Position numbers and translations under genes: made by a program
Shown: piece after piece, positions 26,469 to 39,030 of the stretch
Numbering within the stretch: the first letter of the stretch is position 1
How the letters are laid out: the number at the start of each line of letters is the position of its first letter
The notes under the pieces: model-generated
What the model was told of the DNA's origin: nothing
Databases searched by the model: none
The model's input: the letters and a program-made list of their open reading frames with translations, nothing else
Assembly: GCF_009914755.1 (NCBI RefSeq)
Contig: NC_060933.1
DNA from: the human T2T-CHM13v2.0 reference genome, Homo sapiens
DNA length: 64,000 nucleotides
Reading direction: 5' to 3' (one strand)

Positions 26469-27090
26469 TGTCAGAGGCATTTGAACCAGAACGACTCCAT
26501 CTTGAGTAGGGGCTGGTAAAATAAGGCTGAGATCTGCTGAGCTGCATTCCCAGTAAATTAGGCATTCAAAGTCACAGGATGTGTTAGGAAGTCTGCACAA
26601 GATACTGGTCATAAAGACCTTGCTGGTAAAACAGTTTGCAGTAAAGAAGCCGGCCAAAATTACCAAAACCAAGATGGTGAGAGTGACCTCTGGTTGTTGT
26701 TATGGCTCATTGTAAGCTAATTGTAATGCACTAGCATGGTAGAAGGCACTCTCAGGAGCAGCATGACAGTTTTCAAATGCCATGGCAATGTCAGGAAGCT
26801 ACCCTATAAGGTCTGAAAAGGGAAGGAGCCCTCAGCTCCTAGAATTGCCCAGCTCTTTCCAGGAAAACTCATGAATAATAACCCTTGTTAAGCATATAAT
26901 CAAGAAATAACCATAAAAATGGGCAACCAGTGGCTGATGCCACTGCTCTGCCTGTGGAGTAACCATTCTTTTATTTCTTTACTTTCTCAATACATTTGCT
27001 TTCACTTTATGGACTTACCTTGAATTCTTTCTTGAGCAAGATCCAGGAACCCTCTTTCGGGGTCTGGATCGGGATCCCTTTCCAGTAACA
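26469..27090 (+). mobile_element. MER41B-like ERV1 solo LTR
   Basis: TGTCAGAGGCATTTGAACCAG start, GGGTCTGGATCGGGATCCCTTTCCAGTAACA end, 622 bp; 4-bp TSD tttc. Confidence 0.93.
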
Positions 27091-27220
27091 TTTCCCATTC
27101 TTTTAATTTTTATTGTTTTATTACCTTTACTTTCTTGAGTTGAATGCTGAACTTATTTTCAATCTTGCTTTTTTTTAAAAAAAAAACTAATAAATGTTTT
27201 TTAAGGAATACATTTTCTCC

Positions 27221-28475
27221 TGTTGACAAAAAGCATCAAACTCCGTAAAATATTTGAAGAGATTTATTCTGAACCAAATATGTGTGACCAATGGCCAGTG
27301 ATATAGCCCTCAGGAGATCCTGAGAACATGTGCCCAAAATGATGGGCTACAGCTTGGTTTTATACATTTTAGGGTGACAGGAGACATCAATTAATACATG
27401 TGAGGTGTACGCTGGTTTGGTCCAGAAAGGCCCAGACAACCGGAAGTGGAGGCTTCCAAGTCCTAGGCAGATTCAAAGATATTCTGATTGGCAATTGACT
27501 GAAAGGGTTATTATCAATAGGAAGGAAAGTCTGTGTTGTGGTAATAAGGGGTTGTGGAGACCAAGGTTTTATCAGACAGATGAAGCCTCCAGGTAGCAGC
27601 CTTCAGAGAGAATAGATTGTAAATGTTGCTTGTCAGACTTAAAGAGTCTGCTCTATCAGTAATTCCAAAAGGGAGGAGGGTATAATGAGGCGTGTCTGGC
27701 TCCCCTTTCCCATTATGAATTGAAACTAGTTTTTCAGGCTAACTTTAGAATGTCCTTGGCCCAGAAGGGTCCATTTAGATGGTTGGGGAGGTGGGGTGGG
27801 CCTTAGAATTGTAAACCAAAAATAAAATTCTAAGGCCCCTCCCAACCAACTAAATGGACTTCCTTTTTAGTCAGGGTTCTTAAAATTTAACCTGAAAGAC
27901 TGGTTTAGGCCATGAAAGGAAGTGGGGGTCAGACATGCCTCATTAATACCTCTCTGGCATTAACAACAACACAGACTTCAAGTCTGATAAGAAACATTTT
28001 ACAGCCTGTTCTCTCTGAAGCCTGCTAGCTAAAAGCTTCATCTGCATGATAAAATTTTGGTCTCCACAACCTCTTATTGCAACCCAAACATTTCTTTCTA
28101 TTAATCCCAGGTCTTAAGACAAACTCAACCAATTGTCAACTGTCAGCCAGAAAATGTTTAAATTTACCTATAGCCTGGAACCTACCCCCCTCCCCAACAG
28201 CCCCCTGCTTTGAGTTGACCAAACCAAATATTTCTTAAATGTGCTTGATTGATGTCTCATGACTCCCTAAAATGTATAAAACCAAGCTGCACCCCAACCA
28301 CCTTGGGCACATGTTGTCAGGACTTCCTGAGGCTGTGTCACAGGTGTGCATTGCATCCTTAACCTTGGCAAAATAAACTTTCTAAATAAACTGGGACCTG
28401 TCTTACATGTTCTGGGTCTAGAGATTTTTATTTTTGGTTTACACTGGGTCTACAGAATTTTATTTTTAGTTTACA
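27221..28475 (-). mobile_element. Outer MER4-family solo LTR, interrupted about 20 bp from its 5' end
   Basis: tgttgacaaaaag...gaagagatttattctga at left; ...ccttagaat | tttatttttagtttaca split by the inner element. Confidence 0.85.
27810..28422 (+). mobile_element. Inner MER4-family solo LTR (opposite orientation)
   Basis: TGTAAACCAAAAATAAAATTCTAAGGCCCC start, tataaaaccaagctg, aataaac; TSD gaat. Confidence 0.88.
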
Positions 28476-28979
28476 CTTCTAATAAACTTTAGAAGTTTTT
28501 TTGGCAACTCAGAACTTTTGATATTTAGGAGTTTACTTTTACTTTTCCAAATATATATTTTAAAATCTATATCTTTTATTGTTGATTTTGCATTTAACTG
28601 TTTGTAGTTCAGAAGGACGTTGGCATAATTTCCTATTGTAACGAGTGGCAATAAAAGCAACATAAAGGAATTATGTTCTCTAAATATATCATGTGATGTA
28701 TAATAAATAGTATATTAAAAACCCATAATTAAATCCAATTTCTCTGGTCTTCTCATGTCACATTAGTCACGTTTACAAAGGCAAAATCTTAAAGTATTAG
28801 CATTTGCTTGCCCTTTGGTGTTCTTAAACAGCAGAGCCCCCAAACAAAAGCCTATCCAGTGAAGACTCTTATTTTGCTAAACATCCAAGCACTTCATTTT
28901 CTGAGTGAGAGATGATTTATCCGCTCCACAACATCAGTCATTTGAACCTCAGTGCACAGTGTGTGAACCAGTGGCACTT

Positions 28980-30545
28980 TTAAAGAATAACTTTGAAGAA
29001 TAACACACATGCAAAAAAGTGCACAGATATGTCTATAGCTCAAAGAATTTTCTGGAAGTAAGCACACTATGTGGCCTGCTTACAAATGAAGAAACAGAAT
29101 ATAAACAGCCCTCTCATGCTTCTTCCAGTGATAACTCCACCATCACCTAGGGTAACCTCTACCTTGAGTTATAGCAACACATATGCACTCTTCCTGTTAT
29201 TGAACTAGATGCTCTTTTGTGTCTGTCTTCTTTGGCTCATCATTATGTTTATGGAATTCACCAATATTATTGCATTGTTATGTAGTATTGCCTTGTAAGA
29301 ATATACCACAATTTATCCATTCTCCCTTTGGTGGACAGTGGACCAGGTTTCCAGTTTTGGGTTATTATGGATAATGCTACTACAAATATTGTTGTTATAT
29401 TTTTGGATGAATATGTGTATGCGTTTTTGGGGGGTTGTATACATCTATAAGTGGAATTGCTGGGTCATGGGATATGCATATGTATGTTTAATTTTAGTAG
29501 ATATGTGCAAAAAGTATTCCAAAGTGGTTAAATTGATACAATTTATTGAAAGTTCTGGTTGTTCTGTGTCTTTGTCAACACTTTGTATTTTCTGTCTTCA
29601 GTTTTATTCTGTACTTTAGTAGGTATGCAGTGATATTGCATTGGTATTTGATATTGGAAGTTACCTAATGACTGATGAGGTTGAGCATTCTTTCCTGTGC
29701 TATTGATCATTTGTGACTCAGTGTTTTGAAGAAATTTTTAGTCTTTTCTTCATTTTTCTATTGTGGGTGTCACTGACTCAGGCCAGTGTGTTGGATGGTA
29801 AAAGAATGTACCAAGACACTTGTGGGGAAAGAAAGGCAGATTTATTAAAGAAAATACAAAGATATATTGCAAGGTGCAATGGGCAGCACAGCAGAGAAGG
29901 GGCTGTCTGCAAAGATGCAGGCACTGCAGGGAAGTTTTATAGGGCCATAGTGGAGGGGGCTATGTGTGGAACGAGATAATTGGGAAGAGGATGTTGTGCC
30001 AAGGAGTTGTCTGTGATTAGCCATCTCTCAGAAAAATGATTCTCCCCCACCCTGGGAGCCCTTTTTCATTGTTGCTGACTTACCAGGACTCCATATTTTC
30101 TATGGGTTTATCATTTCTTCTTGATGTGTATAAATCTTTTACATATTTTTTTGATACATATCTTCTGTCAGATACAAGTATTGTAAATTTTTCATCCTAA
30201 ATCTCGTTTTCAGTTTTTAATTTTTTTAATAAACAGATGCTCTTAAACATAATATAGTCTAATTTATCATATTATTATTATTTTATAGCTGTTATTTTTA
30301 ATGTCATCTTTAAGATGTTTTTGCCTACTGCAGGTTACTGAATATGTTGTCTTTTGTCCTACAAATTTTATCATTTTGCAGGTACAAAATATGTTTATCT
30401 TAATCTAACTGGAATTGATACTTGTGTATGGTGTCTTATGGGGTCAAGATCTATTTTTTTCTCTGTATTTTATTTTACTTTTGCCATGTGGATATTTAGT
30501 TGTCACAGCACCATTTATTAATAAGGCATTCTTTCTTTTTCTGCA
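28980..30545 (-). mobile_element. Old L1 (L1MC/ME-type) 3' region, interrupted by an LTR
   Basis: ccacaatttatccattctc, gtggaattgctgggtcat, gactgatgaggttgagcat, cacagcaccatttatt. Confidence 0.78.
29762..30095 (-). mobile_element. Short ERV-like solo LTR, family undetermined
   Basis: G-rich insert within L1 with minus-strand AATAAA (about 29840) and TATAAAA (about 29935) in LTR order. Confidence 0.55.
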
Positions 30546-30599
30546 CTATCATCTCACCTAATTTTACCACCAATCTGGTAACCACTATTCTACTTACTA

Positions 30600-30746
30600 T
30601 TAGGTTGGTGCAAGTGTAATTACTTCTAATGGCAAAAACATACAGTAGGCAAAAATATCTTAAAGATAACATTAAAAGTAACAACTACAACAATTATAAC
30701 ATTAAAAGTAATGACAAAAACTGCAATTACATTTGCACCAACCTAA
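30600..30746. mobile_element. MADE1/Hsmar1-derived MITE, rearranged (147 bp)
   Basis: Termini ttaggttggtgcaa ... ttgcaccaacctaa, flanked by TA on both sides. Confidence 0.92.
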
Positions 30747-30917
30747 TACCTCCATGAGATCAATTTTTTTTAGCTTCCATATGTGAGTGAGAACATGCCA
30801 TATTTGTCTTTCTGTGCCTGGCTTACTTATTTTACTTAACATAATATCCTCCAGTTCCATCCATGTTGCTGCAAATGGCAGGATTTTATTCTTTTTATGG
30901 CTGAATAATATTCCATT

Positions 30918-30954
<37 letters not shown>

Positions 30955-30984
30955 ATTTTCTTTATCCCTTCATTCTGTTTCTGT

Positions 30985-31285
30985 ATGTATTTTTTATTTT
31001 TTAATTTTTGTGGGTAAATAGTAGGTATATATATTTATGGGGTGCTTGAAACATTTTGATATAGGCATGAAATGTGAAATAAGCACAGCATGGAGAATGA
31101 GGTATCTGTCTCCTCAAGGATTTATCCTTTGAATTACAAACAAACCAATTATACTCTTTAAGTTATTTAAAAATATATGGTTAAGTTATTATTGACTATA
31201 GTTATCCTATTGTGTTATTAAAAAATGTCTTATACATTCTTCTATTTTATTTTTGCACACATTAACCATCCCCACCTCCCCCACT
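30985..31285 (-). mobile_element. L1MA1/2-like 3' end fragment
   Basis: taatttttgtgggta..tagtagg..tatatttatgggg...ataggcatgaaatgtgaaataagcac. Confidence 0.8.
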
Positions 31286-31302
31286 GTACTTCTTAATGCT
31301 TC

Positions 31303-31606
31303 TTTTTATTTTTTTTTTAAATTTTGAGACAGAGTTTCCCTCTTGTCACTCAGGCTGGAGTGCAATGGTGCGATCTCAGCTCACTGCAGCTTCTGCTTCC
31401 TGGGTTCAAGTGATTCCCCTGCCTCCACCTCCTGAGTGGCTGGGATTACAAGTGCATACCACCACGCCCGGCTAATTTTTTTTTTTAAGTAAAGATGGGG
31501 TTTTGCCATGTTGGCCAGGCTGGTCTTGAACTCCAGACCTCGGGCAATCCACCTCCTTGGCCTCCCACACTGCTGGGATTATAGGTGTGAGCCACTGCGC
31601 CTGGCC
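31303..31606 (-). mobile_element. AluS
   Basis: Reverse Alu dimer; TSD aatg(c/t)ttc. Confidence 0.95.
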
Positions 31607-32381
31607 AATGTTTCATTTTTAAAATTATCTTAATTACTATGGCTTTAGAATAGATTATGTAAATGCTCTTTTTCAAACAGAAAGTATCCGTATGTATTTC
31701 AGAATAAGCGGAAGCATTACATTTGAATCACATTTTCTTTATGCAAGTGAGAGAATTATTGGAATGCTTAGGCAGTGTTATAACCTGGGAACAAGAAACT
31801 AGTTTAAAGTAATCAAATTGTCAGTGACTAAGAAGTCAAAAGTCAGTGAAAAACATGCACATGCACTAACGTGTTAGAAGTGCCCATTTTGAAAATCAAA
31901 CGTGTGACTGACTATTCGATCATCAATATAAGATAATACTCAGTTGACGTTTTAAATATTTTATCTTTGCTTATGGAATTTTTTTTACTGAATTTTTAAA
32001 AACTCAGCCTCATCGATAACTTTCAATAACTATGTTTGATTCATTACACTTATTGTGTTTTATTGATGTATTTGGAAATTCTACTTTGGGGGCTGTGTGT
32101 GTGTTCTCCATCTTACAGATTTTAGAGAGATTGTCAAATTTTTTCATATCCCATTGTTCCCTAAAATGATTTAAAAGACCTCAATTGTAGTTTCATTTGT
32201 TTTAGGACACAGTCTTAGATTTTAACATACATACTTATCTATTATATTTGTTAATAAAGTCTTAGGTTAGTGGATATTTCTATACTCTTTCTGAAAATGA
32301 CATGCATCTTACAACCAGTTGGACTTTTAAGATAGTCTAGGCCAGGTGTCAGTTGTGATACAGCAGTCATATCTCAAGTAA

Positions 32382-32716
<335 letters not shown>

Positions 32717-32889
32717 TTGAGTGCTCCTTATCTCCATAATCATGTTTCTGCTGGTTAGAATTTTAGAAAAGTAGTCTTTTTGTCTTTTCGGTTGAGTGAT
32801 TTATCTACCAATTTTTATCATTTTATGTGCTCATTATTGTATTCTACATCTCAGTCACTACTTTTTTATTCTTCAGAATTTCTGAACTC

Positions 32890-33257
32890 TGCTATGTGTC
32901 TAAAATATGTTTTATGTTTTGTGTCCTTCAAAGTGCATGTGTTGGAAACTTAATCCCCAATGCAATCATACTGGGAGGTGGGGCTGATGGCAGGTGTTTA
33001 GGTCGTGAAGGCACCACTCTCATGAATGGATTAATGCTGATTGCTAAAGAGCTTGAGGCTACAAGTTCGATCTTTTGTTCTGTCTTGCCCTTCCACCTTT
33101 ATCGTGGAATAATACAGCAAGAAGGCTCTTGCTAGGTGCTGACTTTTCAATCTTGGACTTCCAAACTTCCAGAACCATGGGCCAATAAGTTTATATTCGT
33201 TATAAATTACTCAGGCTGTGGGTGTTCTGTTATAGCAGCACAAAATGGACAAAGACA
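32890..33257 (+). mobile_element. MST-type MaLR solo LTR
   Basis: catgtgttggaaacttaatccccaatgcaa near the start; ctgttatagcagcacaaaatggacaaagaca end. Confidence 0.88.
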
Positions 33258-33314
33258 ATGTCTAAGTGTGGGTTTAGTTTTCTTTTTTCTGATCACTAAT
33301 TAATGTTCATTTTC

Positions 33315-33623
33315 TTTTTCTTTTTTTTTTGTTTTGATCATTCAGAGTCTTGCTCTGTTGCCCAGGCTAGAGTGCAGTGGAAAGCTATCTCAGTTCACTG
33401 CAACCTGCGCCTCCTGGATTCAAGCGATTCTTGTATCTCAGACTCCCAAGTATCTGGGATTACAGGTGTGTGCCACCACACCCAGCTAATTTTCCCTATT
33501 TTTAGTAGAGACAGAGTTTTGCCATGTTGCTCAGGCTGGTCTTGAACTCCTGAGCTCAGGTGCTCCACCTGCCTTGGCCTCCCAAAATACTAGGATTACA
33601 GGTGTGAGCCACTGTACCCAGCC
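33315..33623 (-). mobile_element. Alu (old S/J)
   Basis: Reverse Alu dimer; 13-bp TSD aatgttcattttc. Confidence 0.94.
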
Positions 33624-33640
33624 CAATGTTCATTTTCAAT

Positions 33641-35591
33641 CAGGTGACCGCCATTCTACTCACTACTTTAATGAGATCATTTTTTTTAGCTCTCACATGT
33701 GAGTGAGAACATGTGATATTTGTCTTTCTGTGCCTGGATTACTTATTTCACTTAACATAAAGTCCTCCAGTTCCATCCATGTTGCTGCAAATGGCAGGAT
33801 TTTATTCTTTTTATGGCTAAATAATATTCCATTGTGCATATATACCACATTTTCTTTATCCATTCATCCACTGATGGACACTTAGGTTATTTTCATATCT
33901 TGGCTATTATGGATAGTGCTTCAATGAACATGGGAGTACAGATGTCTCTTTGATATACTGATTTTCTTTCTTTTCATATATACCCAGCAGTGGAATTGTT
34001 GGATTATGTGGTAGTTCTATTTTTAAGTTTTTGAGGAACCTCTAAACTGTTTTTTTTTACCCTAATTTACATTTCCACCATCGGCGTTTGAGCATTCCTA
34101 TTTCTCTACATCCTTGCCAGCATCTGTTATTTTCTGTCTTTTTGATAGTAGCCATTTTAACTGAGGTAAGATGATCTCATTGTGGTTTTGATTTGCATTT
34201 CCCTGATGATTAGTGATGTTGAGCATTTTTTCATATAGAGGTTGGCCATTTGTATGTTTTCTTTTGAGAAATAACTACAGATCTTTTGCTTATTTATAAT
34301 TGGATTATAAAGGGTTTGTTTTTGCTATTCAATTATTTGAGTTTCTATATTCTGGCTATTAATCCATCAGAGAGATAGTTTGCAAATATTTTCTCCCATT
34401 CCATAGGTTGTCTCTTTACTTTGTTGATTGTTTTCTTTGCTGTGCAGAAGCTTTTCACTTGCTACAATCGCATTTGTTAATTTTTTCTTTTCAAACCCAC
34501 AGCTAATACAATACTAAATTAAAAAGAAAAATTGAAGGCTTTTCTCATAAGATCTAGAACAAGAAAAGGATGATTATTTTTATCACTTTTATGCAACATA
34601 GTACTAGAAGTCCCATCTGGAGCAATTAGATAAGAGAAATAAATAAAAGCTATCCAATTTGAAAAGGAAAAAAGGCAAATTGCCCTTGTTTGCAGATGAC
34701 ATTATCTAATATTCAGAAAAACTTAAGACTCCACCAAAGAACTGTTGTAACTCAAAAGCAAATTTAGTAAAGTTGCAGGATAGAAAATCAACATACAAAA
34801 ATCAGTAGCAGTAGCATTTCTATATACCAACAGCAAACAATCTGAAAAAAAAAAAAATCAAGGAAGCAATTTTATACCTAAGTATAAAAATAAAATACGT
34901 AGGAACAAATATAGCTAAAGAAGTGAAGATTTCTACAATGAAAACTATAAAACATTTACAAAATAAATTGAAGAGGACACAAAGAAAATGGAAAAGTATT
35001 TCATGTTTATGAATAAGAAGAATTAATATTGTTAAAATGTTCACACTTTTAAGTGATAAACAGATTCAATGCAGCCTCTATCAAAATATCAATGACAGAA
35101 ATAGAAAAAACAATCTTAAATCTCATTTGGAGCCAGAAGACCCTGGATAGTCAATACAATCCTGAATGACAAGAACAAAGCTGGAGGCATCACTGTACCT
35201 GACTTCAAAATATACTGCAAAACTATAGTAATCAAAACAGCATGGTACTGGCATAAAAACAGATACCAATGGAACAAAATATAGAGATCCCTGGAATAAA
35301 CCCATGCATTTACAGGCAATTCATTTTTGACAAAGGAGCCACAAACATACACTGGGGGAAAGGACAACCTCTTCAATAAAGGGTGATAGGAAAACTGAAT
35401 ATCCATATGCAGACGAATGAAACTAGAATTATTGAAACTCTCTCACCATATAAAAATCAACTCAAAAAGAATGAAAGACTTAAATGTAAGACCTGAAACT
35501 ATAAAATGACTCGAAGAAAACACTGGAGAAATACTCGGGACATTTGTCTGGGCATAGAATTTTTTGAGTAAGACCTCAAAAGCACAGGCAA
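33641..35591. mobile_element. L1MA-type element with 5' inversion (minus 33641-34491, plus 34492-35591)
   Basis: Antisense 3'UTR/ORF2 end followed by a sense ORF2 segment from caaacccacagctaa to gacctcaaaagcacaggcaa. Confidence 0.9.
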
Positions 35592-36599
35592 TTATTTTAC
35601 TCATTTTGGTTCACAATTTCCTGTTTTTTATGATCTCTGAAAATTGCAGCCCTACCTACTAAAAATCTTTTATTAGATTAGAAATTTGTTTTTGTTTGTA
35701 GTTGATTTATTGTTGATTATTAGTTGATTATAGTTGATTATTGTTTTTATCTTGATTTTTATGATTGTGATCTATTTTTTATGTTTATTGGATTTTGGTT
35801 TTGCTGTTTGGATGTTGGGCTTTCATTTTCAGGATAGCTCTATCACATATTTCGTAATTTTGTTTTGTAGAATTATCTTAAATTGAAGGAATGTTGTTTT
35901 GTGCTAATACATTTTCTCTTTCTTTAGAGCATATGTGATGTTTTCGTCCAATGGCCCCTGGATCTGCTATCCACAATTGTGTTTTATGTCAACTGTTTGA
36001 GATTCCTTCTCCATGGACATAATGAGGCTGTTTTGATACCATTACTCAAGGGAGCATATAGCTTGGTTCAGCTTGACTTTTGACTGCAAGGCTGGGTTTG
36101 CATATACTGCCTTTTTTGTCAGGTGGCTGTAGCCCTAGACAGCCTCTTATTAACGGGGGATTTCCAGTCTCGCTTATTAACAGGGGATCTCAATCTCCCT
36201 CTTAATCCTCAGCAGGGAGCCTGACTGCAGTCTACAGCTTCAGCTTCATGTTGGCTGAACTTTTTCTCTGTTCTTCCCATAGAAGTAGAAAACCTGGATG
36301 CCTCTTCCTGTGTGGACTAGGAGCCCAGAAGCCTGTAGCTTCAGCCCATTTTACCTTTTACTTATTCTATTTCTCATCCACAGAGATGTTGCATATTTGA
36401 AGCCAGCTATGCATTTGAATGTTCTCTTTGGAACTGTTATCCGTTATCATTGTGAGTTTGGAGCAATGCCACTTGCCTGGATTTCTTCCTTTGTTTCCTA
36501 CCTGGCAAACCTAATGGTATTCCCTAAACTCCAAATATCTGCACATCATTTCCCTGTTTATAACATTTCATTCTATCCCAATTGAACTTCGAACAAGTG

Positions 36600-37022
36600 T
36601 AAATGCATTACCAGACCTTTGAAGACCTTTAATCACAGGGCCTTTGCTCCTATTTATATGAAGCTGCTTTCAGTTTCCCGAATGCATTGCACTTCCTTCA
36701 ACCACAAGGCCTTCACATGGGCTCTTTCTCCATCTGATAAACTCTCACTTCTCTGTCTTGTTTGTACTTAGTCTTCCTGATCTTTCTCATCTCCATTTAA
36801 TGTCACTTCCTTCCCTTTTCTTCACTCCGTGGACTTTCCTTCCTCCACTCCCACTTCCCATGTGATAACACTTGTCCCATTTCCTTGTAACCACTTTTTA
36901 ATCACTCTTTCCTCATAGACTGAAGCTTTTTGTGAATAGAGAACATGTCTTGCTCATTCAATTCTTAATCACTGCACCTAGCATATCATAGACACCCAGT
37001 AAATATTACAGAATAAATAAAT
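36600..37022 (+). mobile_element. L2 3' fragment (representative; other L2-like pieces near 850-1630, 7100-8150, 10380-11760, 45250-45790, 48420-48950, 59330-59720, 60400-60730)
   Basis: catagactgaagc...cacctagcatatcatagacacccagtaaatatt..gaataaataa resembles the L2 tail. Confidence 0.65.
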
Positions 37023-38419
37023 TAATGAAGAGGCAATTTACTCCTTCATCTTAGTTCTTCCTTGCTGTCCAGACATAGTCCTGACTTGCATGTGACATGG
37101 GGGAACAAACTGTTCTATCTGTACCACCAGTTAACTAAGGAGTCCTTCAGGCTCAGCTATGAATTCCATCAGGAAAATTCTGAGCTTTTTGGAGTAATGG
37201 AGGGAGAGGTGATGGGATTCTGTTGTGGAACTGAGAGGGTCCAGTGGAAGTGAGTCAGAATGTTCAGTGTTCTGCAACAAAGACTTCCCTTCACTACCCC
37301 TTCAAGCATCACACAGACTCTCCAGGTCTGGGGTGGCTTGTGGTCCCATGTGGTTATTACATGCACCTCTACGTACTGAATTTGTTGATCCTTGCAGACT
37401 AGCAGTGCAAGAGCTGATCTGAACTCAGGGGCCCTGGAGAAGCAAAGTCACTCCTCCCCATTCTGAAGCAGCTGTGGTTCCTTACATTTGGACACAGGCC
37501 TGAGACCTTGGCTACAGTGAGCTAGTGCTGGGGAATCTACTTATTGATCACCGGAGCAGCTGCTAAGCCTGGCTTTCAAGAACATCCCTCAGAGGGTGCT
37601 TTCACTGTGCCAAAATCTTTCATTCATTTTCCTCTACCATTTTAACATGCAATTTAGTTAAAACACTTTCCTTTCATGTGTGTGCCAAGATGGTGACTTC
37701 ATAAAGGTCAGGAAATGAGGAAGCAAGAACTTCCTTGAAAGATTTAAAATAAATTATTTTTAGTAATAATAAATGACAAATTGGGAGATTTAAGACAAAG
37801 ATTCCTGGTAGTTGAATGCGCTGAAATCTATGATGTTTGAGGATTGTTAACAATCTTCTTCCAGGATTTGATCGGTTTTGTACTTGTATTTTCTCAATCT
37901 ACTATTCTTTATTTGCTCTCCTTCCTTTAGAATGGACAAATTTTTGTAAACTTTTAAGTTTTCTCTTTCCTTGAGGTAGTAAATTGGAGTTGAGCTACAC
38001 AGGTTCCTCTTTCCTGATATCCCCTTTCTGCTATTTGATGTGAGATGGCTCTTGAGGCTAAAAGTGCAGTGAGGGAAAGAGAGTCACATTAGCAGAGCTA
38101 TCCAGAATATCCTCTGGTTATTTTGGAGCCTATTTGTAAAATAAGCAGGGAAGTGTTTGGGGAAGAGTGTTGGCTTAGGTAGGAAAGAAACCCTCCTTGG
38201 TCTTTGCCCTGCTGTTTACCAGCCACGCGGCCTTGGGTAAGTCATTCAAGAAATGTAAGCCTACTAACTGTCAAAGCCTCAGTTCCTTTTACTTGTAAAT
38301 GAGAGAGTTGAATTAAGTCAAAGTAGTCAGTTCAACGGCTTGCAAAGAATAAGGGAATTTAAGAAAGCAGAGAAGTTTCAGGGACCATGGAGAACAAATC
38401 GTGTGTAGCTAATATGTAA

Positions 38420-38640
38420 CTCCAGAGGATGGTTACTGTACAAAAAAAGCAGATCAGGCATTGTCAGCACATCTGATTATTTCAAGGGAACCCCAGATCT
38501 GGATTTTTATGTGAAATATTCTAATTTCACATATAATTAGCACCTCATTAAGAAAAAAACTAAAAATGTCCTGTTTAGGGCAAAGGAGACATATCTGTGG
38601 GCTCATCACTGCCTGTGGACAATCTGTTTGCAACCTTGGG
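38420..38640. mobile_element. hAT-Charlie MITE (MER103-like)
   Basis: ccagatctggatttttatgtgaaat...catatctgtgggc...gtttgcaacct. Confidence 0.6.
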
Positions 38641-39030
38641 AATAGATGACCTCTGACACCAGATTAATCATCTGCCTTCAAAATTGACTAACTTCACTGG
38701 ACCCAGTCCCAGGTGGAGAGTCTGAAAGCCTAGAAATTGCTGCAGCAGCATCAACTTCCTGTTGGAAGCTGGGGAGGCAAAGTCTTACCCTGAGAAAGGG
38801 CTGGATTTCTCTTAAAATTTTGAAAGGCCAAAGGTGGTGTCAGCATTTTTGTGATATGGCAGGAATAATACTGTGCAGTGGATAGGGAGCTCTGAATTCT
38901 TACCTTGGGTGTGCTAAAAACCTAGCCTGGACTTGGTTACATCCCCTCCTTTCTCCAGTGTTCTCTTGGTGGGTTTATAATTTTAGATTAAATCAGTATT
39001 TCTCAAACTTCAATGATTGGTGTATTACAG

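Noticed and set aside
34820-35406. Hydrophobic ORFs resembling membrane proteins
   Set aside because: Antisense frames of A-rich L1 ORF2.
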